A stretch of DNA of 64,000 bases from positions 620,001 to 684,000 of the forward strand of contig OZ025660.1 in assembly GCA_964019335.1 (NCBI GenBank), given 5' to 3'. This DNA is from Diplonema japonicum (taxonomy: Eukaryota > Protista > Euglenozoa: Diplonemea). How positions within the stretch are numbered: position 1 is the stretch's first letter; each line of letters opens with the position of its first letter. The translations under genes were made by a program, and so were the position numbers. Below are positions 42,075 to 51,279 of the stretch, piece after piece. The notes beneath the pieces were generated by a model, which saw nothing but the letters and a program-made list of their open reading frames with translations, had not been told where the DNA came from and did no database searches.

Positions 42075-42164
42075 CATCAGAACAGATCTTGGTTTGCGAA
42101 TGGAATGGTTGTACACACTGCACCCAAAGGTGCTTCATACGCCAGGTAAAGTGGTGTCATCATC
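42075..42164 (-). ncRNA. Box C/D snoRNA CD4 (D-guide complementary to LSU CAGAUCUUGGU)
   Basis: AUGAUGA...CUGA; + strand tcag-aacagatcttggtttgc contains the conserved LSU sequence CAGAUCUUGGU adjacent to box D; the +5 rule points to the G of CAG. Confidence 0.8.
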
Positions 42165-42915
42165 TTGCCCACGACGGGACCTACCCCACCCCAGCAAGCA
42201 CAGAGTTGTGAATAAACAAGAATAACAAGAAAATAGCTCAGGAAAAGAAGAAAAGAGGGAGGAATGGAGCACCCAAAGGTGGGATGCCTTTTTTTTGCCA
42301 AAGAAGCAGGTAGAGTTAAGTCTCTCCGTCTCTCTATGTCCTTTCTTCATTTCGTGTGTTTATCCTCATGATCAAGTTGCTACTAAGTTGTAACGCCTAC
42401 AGACGTCATCTACGGGTTGACGAACTTACATACTCAAATTGAAGAAAGCAAAAAACAACGAAACGGGAAATGAATGGAGGAACAGAAGATCACTGCAAAT
42501 GAAGAGGTGTTCGCAGCAAAGGCCCACCGTAAAAAATAAGGGCACGAAAAAAAGAAAACAAAGCACAACCCCCTCAAAGAATGTGGAGTTATATCCACAC
42601 CTGTTCTGCGGGGGTTCATGAAGTATAGCCCAGCTGTAGTAGGCTAGCTAGAATGTTGGGAAGAAAGTGTGGTGATCCTTCGGAGGGATGGGAACAGAGA
42701 GCAGTGGAGCTGCGGACCACTCTTTCTCATTGTGGTTCGTGGTGTCTTTCTTTCATTCTCTCCTTTTTTTTCCCCCCTCTCTGTCCCCTCCTCATCCGGA
42801 GGATCGTTTGTTTTTTTTTCTTTTTTTTTTTTCTCTTTTTTTTCTTCTTTCCTTTTGTTCTCTCGTGGGAATTTTATTTTTATGCATTTTATCATAAAAA
42901 CTACGGACTACTGTC

Positions 42916-43230
42916 TCACAGCTTCTTGGCAACCATGGATGTCACCTTCCCGTCGGAAACAGTGAAGGTCTGCCTCACCTTCAGGGTCACAAGGCCCAGG
43001 GCCACCTTTGCCTTCAGGGTGCGTGTGAAGGTGCCCTCGGGGGTCTCCACCAGCTCCGTCTCCCCGTAGAAGTCAGGTGCATCATCGCCTGACAACTGCT
43101 TCCTCAAAGCCCCCTTCCCCTTCACCTCCCACCGGGGGGTCTTGAAGTGCGCATCCTCCGCAACAAGGGCCAGCATCCCATCACGGTCCTTTGCCTTCAT
43201 GCACTTTACGTACTGCTGCACAACGTCCAT
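42916..43230 (-). CDS. Small NTF2/SnoaL-like protein
   Basis: MDVVQQYVKCMKAKDRDGMLALVAEDAHFKTP...VKGKGALRK...FTVSDGKVTSM is a typical SnoaL-like pattern. Confidence 0.75.
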   Translation of the reverse strand: MDVVQQYVKCMKAKDRDGMLALVAEDAHFKTPRWEVKGKGALRKQLSGDDAPDFYGETELVETPEGTFTRTLKAKVALGLVTLKVRQTFTVSDGKVTSMVAKKL

Positions 43231-43852
43231 TATTTTGTGTGTTTGGTGGTTTGTTTTTACCTGCTGTTCATTTTTTTTTTTTTTTTTTTTTTTTTTATAA
43301 AGAGAAACAAAAAAAGAAGAACAAAGAAGAAGAAAAAAAAAGGGAAACAAGATAAGAAGAGGAAGACAAGAAGAAGAAGAAGAAAAACGATCGATATGTC
43401 GCCAAGAGCGCCAGCTCCACCTAAGTGGGCTGCCAAACGGAGTGTAATAAAAACATGCAGCAACTATCAAGAAAACAGCTTTCAAAGGAGAAACCACCAC
43501 TGCGAGTGCCTGCAATGGATGCAGTGGTAGGGCTGCTGCTGCTGACAAAAAAAAGAAAAGGAGAGAGAAAAAAAGAGCAAGGAAAAAAAAAAAAAAAAAG
43601 AAAATAAAAAAATGAAGGTTGCAAAAACGTAGCAAGCCTGCAAAATTGAACAAAAAAGAAGGGGAAGGGAGGGATAACATGTTTGTATATTGGTGGGAGC
43701 AAGAATGATCTTTGTGCATGACACCAGGAGCTATGAAAACGTGTGAGCTGTTTCCTTCTATTCCTTTTTAAGGGGTGCGGTAAGAATAGGTACCGCCGGG
43801 TCAAGTAAGGTGCTCTATCTCTTTGTTGTTCGTTTCAACTTTCCGGCAACCG

Positions 43853-43976
43853 TGCTTGGCTGCTTTCCAAGTTAAAAAACAAACCTTATAAATCGTCGCG
43901 ATGGCAAAGGGCTTGCTCGGCTGTTTTTCTAAAGTTTCAAACAAACCTTCTTAAAAATCGTCGCGATTGCAAAGGG
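43853..43976. repeat. Two diverged ~60-nt tandem repeats downstream of the sulfatase
   Basis: aaacaaacctt...aaatcgtcgcgat.gcaaaggg occurs twice. Confidence 0.6.
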
Positions 43977-44113
43977 AACGAAAAAGAGAAAGAACAAGAA
44001 GAAGAATAAGGGAATAAAAAAAAGGGGGGGAATGGCTTTATTAAAAAAAAGTCGTTGGTGGTGATTGTTTCATCCCTCGCCCTCTCGTGGCTGGCTGGTG
44101 TGGCTTTCCCTTC

Positions 44114-45574
44114 TCAGTTCATGAAAGGAGCCCAGTAGCCTCCATTATTGTTGGGGCTCGCTTCAGGGTGGAAGTTGTTGGCCTGCGGGGGGACGTAGTT
44201 GGTGTCCACCAAGGTCTGGATGCGGTCCTTGATCTCCCTGACCTTATCGGGGTACTGGCCCACAAGGTTCACCCTCTCATTGGGGTCGTCGATGAGGTTG
44301 AAGAGGTACTCGTCTGCGACGGAGTCGGGTGCTTCCCAGGTGTACGGGTTGATGGTCCAGTAGCCGTCGTAGTAGGTGGACTGGTTGAGGTTCGGGTTCA
44401 CGATGAGCTTCCAGTCCCCGCTGATGAAGGCTGTGTAGTTCTTCCCGTTGTCGAAGATGTTGATGGGGACCTCCGTGCGCAGCAGCGGGCCTTCCTCCAT
44501 GATCGCCCTCCACTGCGACACCCCGTCGGAGGTCTGCTCGGGGAGGGACGCTGCTTCCAACAGGGTGGGGAGCCAGTCCACAGCGTGGATGAGCCCCTTG
44601 AAGCCGGTGCCCCTCTTGGTCGAGGGGATCACCCTGTCCCCGCCCTGCAGGAACCCCACCGCCCGCACCCCGCCGTCGAAGAGCGTGAACTTCCCCGCAC
44701 GCAGGGGCCAGTTCGACCCTGCAGACCCCACCTCCCCCGACGAGGTTCCCGTCATCGACACGTCCACCTCCCCCCCGTTGTCCGAGGTGAAGATCATGAG
44801 CGTGTTCTCCCAGAGCCCGAGGTCCCTGTAGAGGGCGACGAGCTCCCCGATCGCCCTGTCCACCTCGTACATCATGTTGCAGTAGACCTTCCTCTTTGCG
44901 GGCTGCACCCCGTCGCACTCTGTCGTCGGGGTAGGAGGGTTTTCCAGCGGGATGTGCATGTTCTGGTGCGAGAAGTACAGGAAGCTCGGGCTGTTCTTCT
45001 CCGCGATCTGGTGCAGGTATGTGTTCGCCTCCCTCATGAAGGCCGTCATCGAGTACTCCCCGACCGTGGCGTTCCTCTCCTTGTTCAGCCAGAAGTCGAA
45101 CCCGCTCAACCTTCCCATCTCCACCGTGTGGTTGTAGTAGTCCCCCATCGCCTGCATGTAGCCCAAGTATTGCTGGAAGCCACGCTCCGTCGGGGTCTGC
45201 GCCCATTTCGCGTAGCCGCAGTGCCACTTCCCGATCATGTAGGTGTCGTACCCGGACGACACAAGGTACTCCGGGAGCGTCTTGTCCGTTGCCGGGATCC
45301 CGGCCGAGCTCCCGGGCAGGACCGTTTCCAGGTGCTGCATCCCCGTGTGGAAGGGATACCTCCCCGTCATGAAGGCTGACCTCGTCGGGCTGCACACAGG
45401 TTGCATGTAGTACCTCTCAAGCTTGATTCCATTGTTGGCCAACTCGTTGATGTTGGGAGACGGCAGGTTGCCCCCTTGGTACCCCACGTCTGCCCACCCC
45501 AGGTCGTCCACCACCAGCATCAGGATGTGCGGTTGTGCACTCAAGGCTGCAGCGAAGCAGAGAACGGACAGCAT
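44114..45574 (-). CDS. Secreted formylglycine-dependent (S1) sulfatase, arylsulfatase B-like
   Basis: Signal peptide; PHILMLVVDDLGWADVG; CSPTRSAFMTGRY; IGKWHCG; FTSDNGG; NWPLRAGK; intronless. Confidence 0.93.
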   Translation of the reverse strand: MLSVLCFAAALSAQPHILMLVVDDLGWADVGYQGGNLPSPNINELANNGIKLERYYMQPVCSPTRSAFMTGRYPFHTGMQHLETVLPGSSAGIPATDKTLPEYLVSSGYDTYMIGKWHCGYAKWAQTPTERGFQQYLGYMQAMGDYYNHTVEMGRLSGFDFWLNKERNATVGEYSMTAFMREANTYLHQIAEKNSPSFLYFSHQNMHIPLENPPTPTTECDGVQPAKRKVYCNMMYEVDRAIGELVALYRDLGLWENTLMIFTSDNGGEVDVSMTGTSSGEVGSAGSNWPLRAGKFTLFDGGVRAVGFLQGGDRVIPSTKRGTGFKGLIHAVDWLPTLLEAASLPEQTSDGVSQWRAIMEEGPLLRTEVPINIFDNGKNYTAFISGDWKLIVNPNLNQSTYYDGYWTINPYTWEAPDSVADEYLFNLIDDPNERVNLVGQYPDKVREIKDRIQTLVDTNYVPPQANNFHPEASPNNNGGYWAPFMN

Positions 45575-46151
45575 TGTGTGCGGTTTCCTTTTTTTTTTTT
45601 TTTTCACTTCTTAAACCTGTGTGACTGATTGGGGGCTATGGCGTATTAAAAAACGAGAATTGAAAGGAAAATAAAAATGCAGAATTAAAAAAAAGCCTTC
45701 TTTTTAACTCTTCAAAAGAAAAATGTAGTATTAAAAAAGTATTTTTATATTTTTATTCCTCAACGAAACAGCGGGAGCCACCATTTGGTGAGCGTCAAAT
45801 ACGCAATATCACCAGCTGTCCATTGGGAAAATAAAAAAAAGTTTTAAAGAAAAGGAACAACCGAGAGGGAAAGGAGGGGGGAAAGTGTAACCAGACATGT
45901 GTCATGGTTACAAGGTATAATAATCGGGAGGAAAGCTCTCGACCCACCACAGGTGGGCGAGGGGAATCATGTTAACTAAATGCTTTTTTTTTTTCGGACA
46001 AAAAAGACACGATGCACAAGTCACAGAAGAAGAAGAATAAGAAGAGGAAGCCTAATAAGTTGGTATTGTTGCTGTCTTGTCCCAATTAAGAGAGTATGGC
46101 GTTGGTCCTCTTCTTGTTGTTGTTGTTGTTGTTGCTGTTCTTGTTGCTGCT

Positions 46152-47216
46152 TCAGCCAATCTTGTAACCCAGGTGGTTGCCAGTGAGGCACTGGGCGTAC
46201 CACCTGCTCTGCTTGTAGCAAGAGGCCCCGCCGGAGCAGCAGGTGGGGGCGTGAAGGCAGCTTCCCCACTTCGGGATCGCCGTGCGGCAACCAGAGGAAG
46301 GAGGGGGAACAGGAACGGGGACAGGTGGGACAGGAACAGGAGGAGTGGGAGGGGTGGGGACAGGTGGTGTGTTCCCGTTCCCCGCTGCAGGGATGCACTG
46401 GGAATACCACTGGCTCTGCCTGTCGCACACCGCCCCTTGCGTGCAGCAGTGCATCGCGCTCGTGCAAGCCCCCCACATGGGAATCGTCCTCGAGCACCCT
46501 GTGGTGGGGGGAACAGGGACAGGGGGAACGGGAACGGGGGGAACAGGAACAGGTGGGACAGGAACAGGAGGAGTGGGAGGGGTGGGAACAGGGGGAACCG
46601 GAACAGGAGGAACAGGGTTCCCACCGCCACCACCACCACCACCACCACCTCCACTGAAGTCCAAGTCAACAGCGTTGTAGAAGCTTGCGGCGGTGTCACC
46701 GACATCCCAGATGGCGAGGACAACGTGGTAGCCCGACTTGGAGGGGAGGGTGCAGGAGTGGGTCGTCACCATCGGGGGCTTCACCATCCCGCCCGCCGCG
46801 GAGCAGAAGGGAGCATCCTCGAAGCTGCCCCTCCCGAGGGGAGCGTTCTGGTTCCACCCATCCTTCGTGATGTAGTACCTCCAGTCCAGGGTCACGTGGT
46901 TCGCCGTGAACTGCCAGGTGAAGTCGGTCCTGCCCCCGCTCGCCGCCGTCTTCGCCCACCTGCTCGAAGACTGCTCGTTCAGAGGGGCCCAGGTCGCGCT
47001 CCCCGCCGCCGCCAGCTGCCCGTCCGGAGGACCGCTCGCTGGGTACCGGTCCGGTCCCTCCACACTCTGCGGCTCGTACTGCACCCCTCCGCACCCGCTG
47101 TTTGTCTTCAGCTTGCACGCGTAGTTCCGAGAAGGCGGGCTCATCACGTAGCCGTGTCCCTCAACCCGCACCACTGCTGCCGCTGCCAGCAGCATCGGAA
47201 GTCCCAAACGCTTCAT
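46152..47216 (-). CDS. Secreted AA10 lytic polysaccharide monooxygenase (CBP21/GbpA-like) + Pro/Val linkers + two CBM1-like modules
   Basis: Signal peptide ending VEG followed by N-terminal His (HGYVMSPPSR); QYEPQSVEG; second His FTANH; WDVGDTAASFYN; two WGxC...C...C..QSxWYxQC modules. Confidence 0.92.
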   Translation of the reverse strand: MKRLGLPMLLAAAAVVRVEGHGYVMSPPSRNYACKLKTNSGCGGVQYEPQSVEGPDRYPASGPPDGQLAAAGSATWAPLNEQSSSRWAKTAASGGRTDFTWQFTANHVTLDWRYYITKDGWNQNAPLGRGSFEDAPFCSAAGGMVKPPMVTTHSCTLPSKSGYHVVLAIWDVGDTAASFYNAVDLDFSGGGGGGGGGGGNPVPPVPVPPVPTPPTPPVPVPPVPVPPVPVPPVPVPPTTGCSRTIPMWGACTSAMHCCTQGAVCDRQSQWYSQCIPAAGNGNTPPVPTPPTPPVPVPPVPVPVPPPSSGCRTAIPKWGSCLHAPTCCSGGASCYKQSRWYAQCLTGNHLGYKIG

Positions 47217-47322
47217 TTCTGTTTTTGGTCTTTTCTTTTTTGTTGTGTGGAAACTGTGGAGTGAAATAGAAACAGTGATTAAACAGTACAGTGAACCCCC
47301 TCTTCCACTAGTGGAATGAATG

Positions 47323-48336
47323 GATCAGTTTCCTTCTGTCATTTATGTGTTAAAGGGGAATCAGGAGACTGTGTCTTCATAGAATGGACCAATGTTCTTT
47401 AACTACGGTGTCATCATGTGTTTCCTCCCATCCACCTTCCCTCCCTCGCCTTCTGTTTCTGCGCGCTCCACAGGCATGCAGGGATCCCCTGCTGCTTGGG
47501 GTCTCTCGCATTGCTTCACAACCATCACCCTATTAAGAGGGAACTGGCTCGCTTATAAGCTTGCTGAAAGCTTTTTTCCCTCCATTCCCATCACTCTCCT
47601 CTTGCATCAGGACTGGAGGATGGTATCTTTACTGCGAAAGGCCTTCCGTGGCACCCGTGCTGTGTTCCTCCCTGGGTTGCTGAAAAAGAAAGCCAACCAC
47701 ACCGACAAATTTGGAGATCTTGCACCAGATAAAGGGAACCTGTGCAAGGTAGGTAAAAGACCTCACAGGAGGGTTGCCGGTACTCTTTTTTTTTTTTTTT
47801 AAACGTTCGACCTAATTGGTTTCCTGTTCTCTGCCCCTTCTCTCGCACCAGTATTATCCCGCAACCCTTACCACAAAGGGCACTGGTCCTTGATGGTGCT
47901 TTCATTGGTTACTCTTCCCCGGAACTGTCTCGCATTGCTTCACAACCATCACCCTATTAAGGGGAACTGGCTCGCTTATAAGCTTGCTGAAAGCTTTTTT
48001 CCCTCCATTCCCACTCTCTTCTCGCATCAGGACAGATAGTATCTTTACTGCGCCTTCCGAGGTCATCTAACCGCAATATCGTGTCTCATCATCTGCCGTC
48101 CTTGCGTGCCGGTGCTTTCTTGTTTCTTTCTTCGTCCCGCTTCCGCTTATCTCGCAGGTTTTTGACCCTCACTTGAACCAGCAGCATGGGTTCGCAAGGA
48201 ACACGAAACACTGCTGTCTCTTATTATTATGAGAACTAATGATCAGTTTCCTTCTGTCATTTATGTGTTAAAGGGGAATCAGGAGACTGTGTCTTCATAG
48301 AATGGACCAATGTTCTTTAACTACGGTGTCATCATG
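47323..48336 (-). ncRNA. Second snoRNA array: CD2 (47323-47418), S3 (47501-47564), S4 (47597-47660), S1 (47715-47783), S2 (47838-47899), S3 (47925-47987), truncated S4/CD1 chimera (48017-48092), S6 (48147-48214), CD2 (48241-48336)
   Basis: Near-identical copies of units from the 37.7-40.3 kb array in rearranged order. Confidence 0.8.
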
Positions 48337-48396
48337 TGTTAGCTGCATCAAAAGGTTGCCCCAGAGAGACACCCTCCCCCCAGCTCTATCCCACAG

Positions 48397-48436
48397 CCAA
48401 TCGGTAGCAACGACGGGCGGTGTACAAATGGCAGGG
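48397..48436 (-). other. 40-nt fragment resembling 18S rRNA (decoding region, base of helix 44)
   Basis: Minus strand CCCTGCCATTTGTACACCGCCCGTCGTTGCTACCGATTGG versus universal TTTGTACACACCGCCCGTCG (2-nt AC deletion). Confidence 0.75.
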
Positions 48437-48534
48437 TTGTTTCGCACCATTCTATCCAGAGGGTGCTTCCAGTCTGATCGCTGCTGTCGTGTAGCGATAG
48501 ACACCAGCAGAAACGATTGGTAACAATTGGAAAG

Positions 48535-48615
48535 TCAGAAGTCCTTGTTTGTAAATCATGAATTGAAAGATCAGAAGCAAGACTGGCATGTCGTGAAAGG
48601 GTCGTTGTCATCATC
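48535..48615 (-). ncRNA. Box C/D snoRNA CD3, second copy
   Basis: Identical to 40119-40201 between the boxes. Confidence 0.78.
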
Positions 48616-48840
48616 TCGCGTGTTATTTGGAAAAACTATAGTTAGCACCTCCCTACCCACCCCATTATGCTGGCAGCGAATAATAACAATAGAGAAAAAA
48701 AAATGAAACGGATTCATGAGGTACCGGGGACCCATGAGGTATACAGGGTGCACTAAGTGCGAAAGAAAAAAAAAATAAAATAAAAAAAAGAAAAGAGGAC
48801 CCGTCCGACGCATTGAACAGCTCGCTGCCATTGTCCTCGG

Positions 48841-48877
<37 letters not shown>

Positions 48878-49131
48878 GGCAGTAATAAAAAAAATAAAAT
48901 AAAATAAGAAGGGGAGACGCCTATCCACCCGTAGCGGTCTCTTTCGCCTGTGACGCCCGACGACACGTGCCGGTAGGCGTCCCAACTAGGCTGAAAGGAG
49001 CCGAGGGGGTAAAGAGGCCGTGACAGAAAAAGGGGAATAAATAAATAAAAAGAATGCCTACATCAGTGACATAACAGAGGGACTGGAAGAAGAAGAAAAG
49101 AAAAAAAAGGGGATGCATCAGAAAGAAGTGC

Positions 49132-49508
49132 TTATTTAAGGGTCTGCAGGTAGGAGATGAGGTCAGCCCTGTCCTTCTCCTTCTTGAGACCGGCGAAGGC
49201 CATCTTGTTACCGGGCATGAACTTCTTGGGGTTTGTGATGTACTCGTCAAGGACCTCCTCAGACCAGGTAACACCTGACTCGGAGTTGGCCTTCGAGTAG
49301 GCGAACCCAGGGACTGTGCCTGAGGTACGGCCCACGATCCCGAACAGGTTGGGGCCCACACCGTTGGAACCGCCCTGGGATTTTTTTTTTTTTTTTTTCC
49401 ACCCCCACTTTTTTTTTCTTAAAATACCTCAGCGAAAGTGTGGCACTGGCCAGCACGGGTCTGGGCGAGCTTTCCACCCTTGGCAACGTTACCGTCTTTG
49501 TACGACAT
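49132..49508 (-). CDS. CYC: Mitochondrial cytochrome c, euglenozoan single-cysteine type (AGQCH); 1 intron
   Basis: [27 protein letters not shown] / intron 49375-49427 / [12 protein letters not shown]...[18 protein letters not shown]. Confidence 0.95.
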
Positions 49509-50281
49509 TTTTTTTTTCTTTTTAGATGATAAAGTAAATTTGCTGGTGAAGAAAAAAGTTTGTTTTTAAAGTGGAAAGTGATGACTCAAGGGACAAACCG
49601 ACAGACAACAGATCTCAAAATATAGAAAATAAAGAGGAAAAAAAAAAACAAGAAAGATAATAAGACATAAAACGCATAACAGCGAAGCAATCCCCCCCCC
49701 CCCTTTTTTTTCCATTGGGAAAAGGGATATCGACACCAAAGAATCGAAGCTTTGTTTGTTTGTTTGTTTGTTTGTTTTTTTTTTGTTCTGCGAAAAAAAA
49801 AAAAAAAAAAAAAACCGAAATACATAATATTGGAGGAGGAAAAGACAAAAAAAAAAGAAATAATAGTGGTAAGAAATGCATCGTGGTACAAAAAAAAACA
49901 TTTTAGGGTACCCTGCAAAGTGTGGCAGGGCGCCTAAAAAAAGGGGAGGGGAGGCGAGATTAACAGATATACCCCCCCCCCCCCCCGTTGTTACGGATTA
50001 TTATTTGATTTTTTTTTCTTCTTTAAATTATTCCACCCTTGTCGGCTGCTCACATGGCATGGTCTTTTGAAAAATAAGAATTCAGACTTTTTTGAAAAAA
50101 AAAAGGGTATTACAAAAAGTAAGGGCCGCTTTTTTTTTTTTTTTTTTTACGAAGACCAAAAGGAGTGACGACACATGCCACCAAAAAAACGGGGGGTGGA
50201 ATAATAAATAAATAAATAAATATTTTTATATACGCCACTCGCTTACAGATTTCTTCTATTTCATGTTGTGAACCCTTACCA

Positions 50282-50641
50282 CTATTGGAGTGTCTCAAGA
50301 TAAGCGATAATGTCAGCCCTGTCCTTGTCTCGTTTGATGCCAGCAAACGCCATCCTGGTCCCCGGCATATACTTGCTAGGATTTGTGAGATAAATGTCAA
50401 GTTCGTCCTGGGACCAAATCACGCCCGAGGACGCGTTTGCCTTACTATAAACGTAACCAGGGGCAACACCCGAGACCCTGCCCATTACATTAAAGAGGTT
50501 GGGACCAATACCATGGGGCTCCCCCTGAAGTTTATATAATTTTTATTCCCCCCCCCATACCTTTCCAAATGTGTGACATTGCCCAGCCCGCAAGTCCAAC
50601 AAACTTTTCCCCCTTTCTGGGTTGCCCATTTTGTATGGCAT
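50282..50641 (-). CDS. CYC: Second, divergent cytochrome c paralog (AGQCH); 1 intron at the same position
   Basis: [27 protein letters not shown] / intron 50525-50560 / [12 protein letters not shown]...[17 protein letters not shown]. Confidence 0.9.
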
Positions 50642-50676
50642 TTTTGTATGTGTGTTGTATATTGCCCTTTTATATT

Positions 50677-51279
50677 TTTTATTTCACTCTTCAGAAATTA
50701 CTTCACGCACTGGGGGGCCCATTACTTCACGCTAAATCTCATTACTTCACGGTGAAATAATGGCCTGTTTTCCGTGAAGTAATAGGGGGTTTTCGTTAAA
50801 TAATATGCCTCGGTAGGCCAATTTTTGCCTCGGTTCGGTTCCCAGTGGGGCTACTTTTTCCTCTCAGTTTGCTATTTCCCCCCAGGTTCAGCTCAATTGG
50901 CCAACTTTTGCCTCGGCTCAGTTCCAAGTTGGACTACTTTTTCCTCCCAATTTGCCCACTTTTGGCTAGGCCTTGTTCCCAGTTTCTGTGGGTAACTCTT
51001 CTGTGGGTAAGGGTAACTTAGTCAGCTTACCCAAGCACCCCAAAAGACTTCAAAATACCGAAGCAGCAGAAAAAAAGGAGCCAGCGGCCGCGCTAGGTAT
51101 GGGAAGGCCTGATTAGAGATGGTGACAGTGGCAATGCCAGCGACAGCGGCAGCTCTTAGTCAACAAAAGGAGGAAAAACAACTTGTATTGTAACCTTTGT
51201 AACCCCTCTCTTGTTGTACCCCTTGTCACCCTGTTGTGCCCCTCGTGGTGAAGTAATTTCAGAGTGTCGTGAAATAAAA
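50677..51279. mobile_element. Putative non-autonomous DNA transposon (MITE-like) with imperfect TIRs and subterminal repeats
   Basis: Left end ttttatttcac...gaaattacttcac versus right end gtgaagtaatttc...gtgaaataaaa; attacttcacg occurs three times plus one inverted copy; ttttgcctcgg repeats; no ORF; no TSD identified. Confidence 0.5.

Noticed and set aside
41940-42430. Additional C/D snoRNA candidates near 41940-42020 and 42370-42436
   Set aside because: Only one good box in each and no target recognised; left uncalled pending data.
48397-48436. An rRNA gene
   Set aside because: Only ~40 nt recognisable, with a deletion in an invariant motif; no surrounding rDNA.
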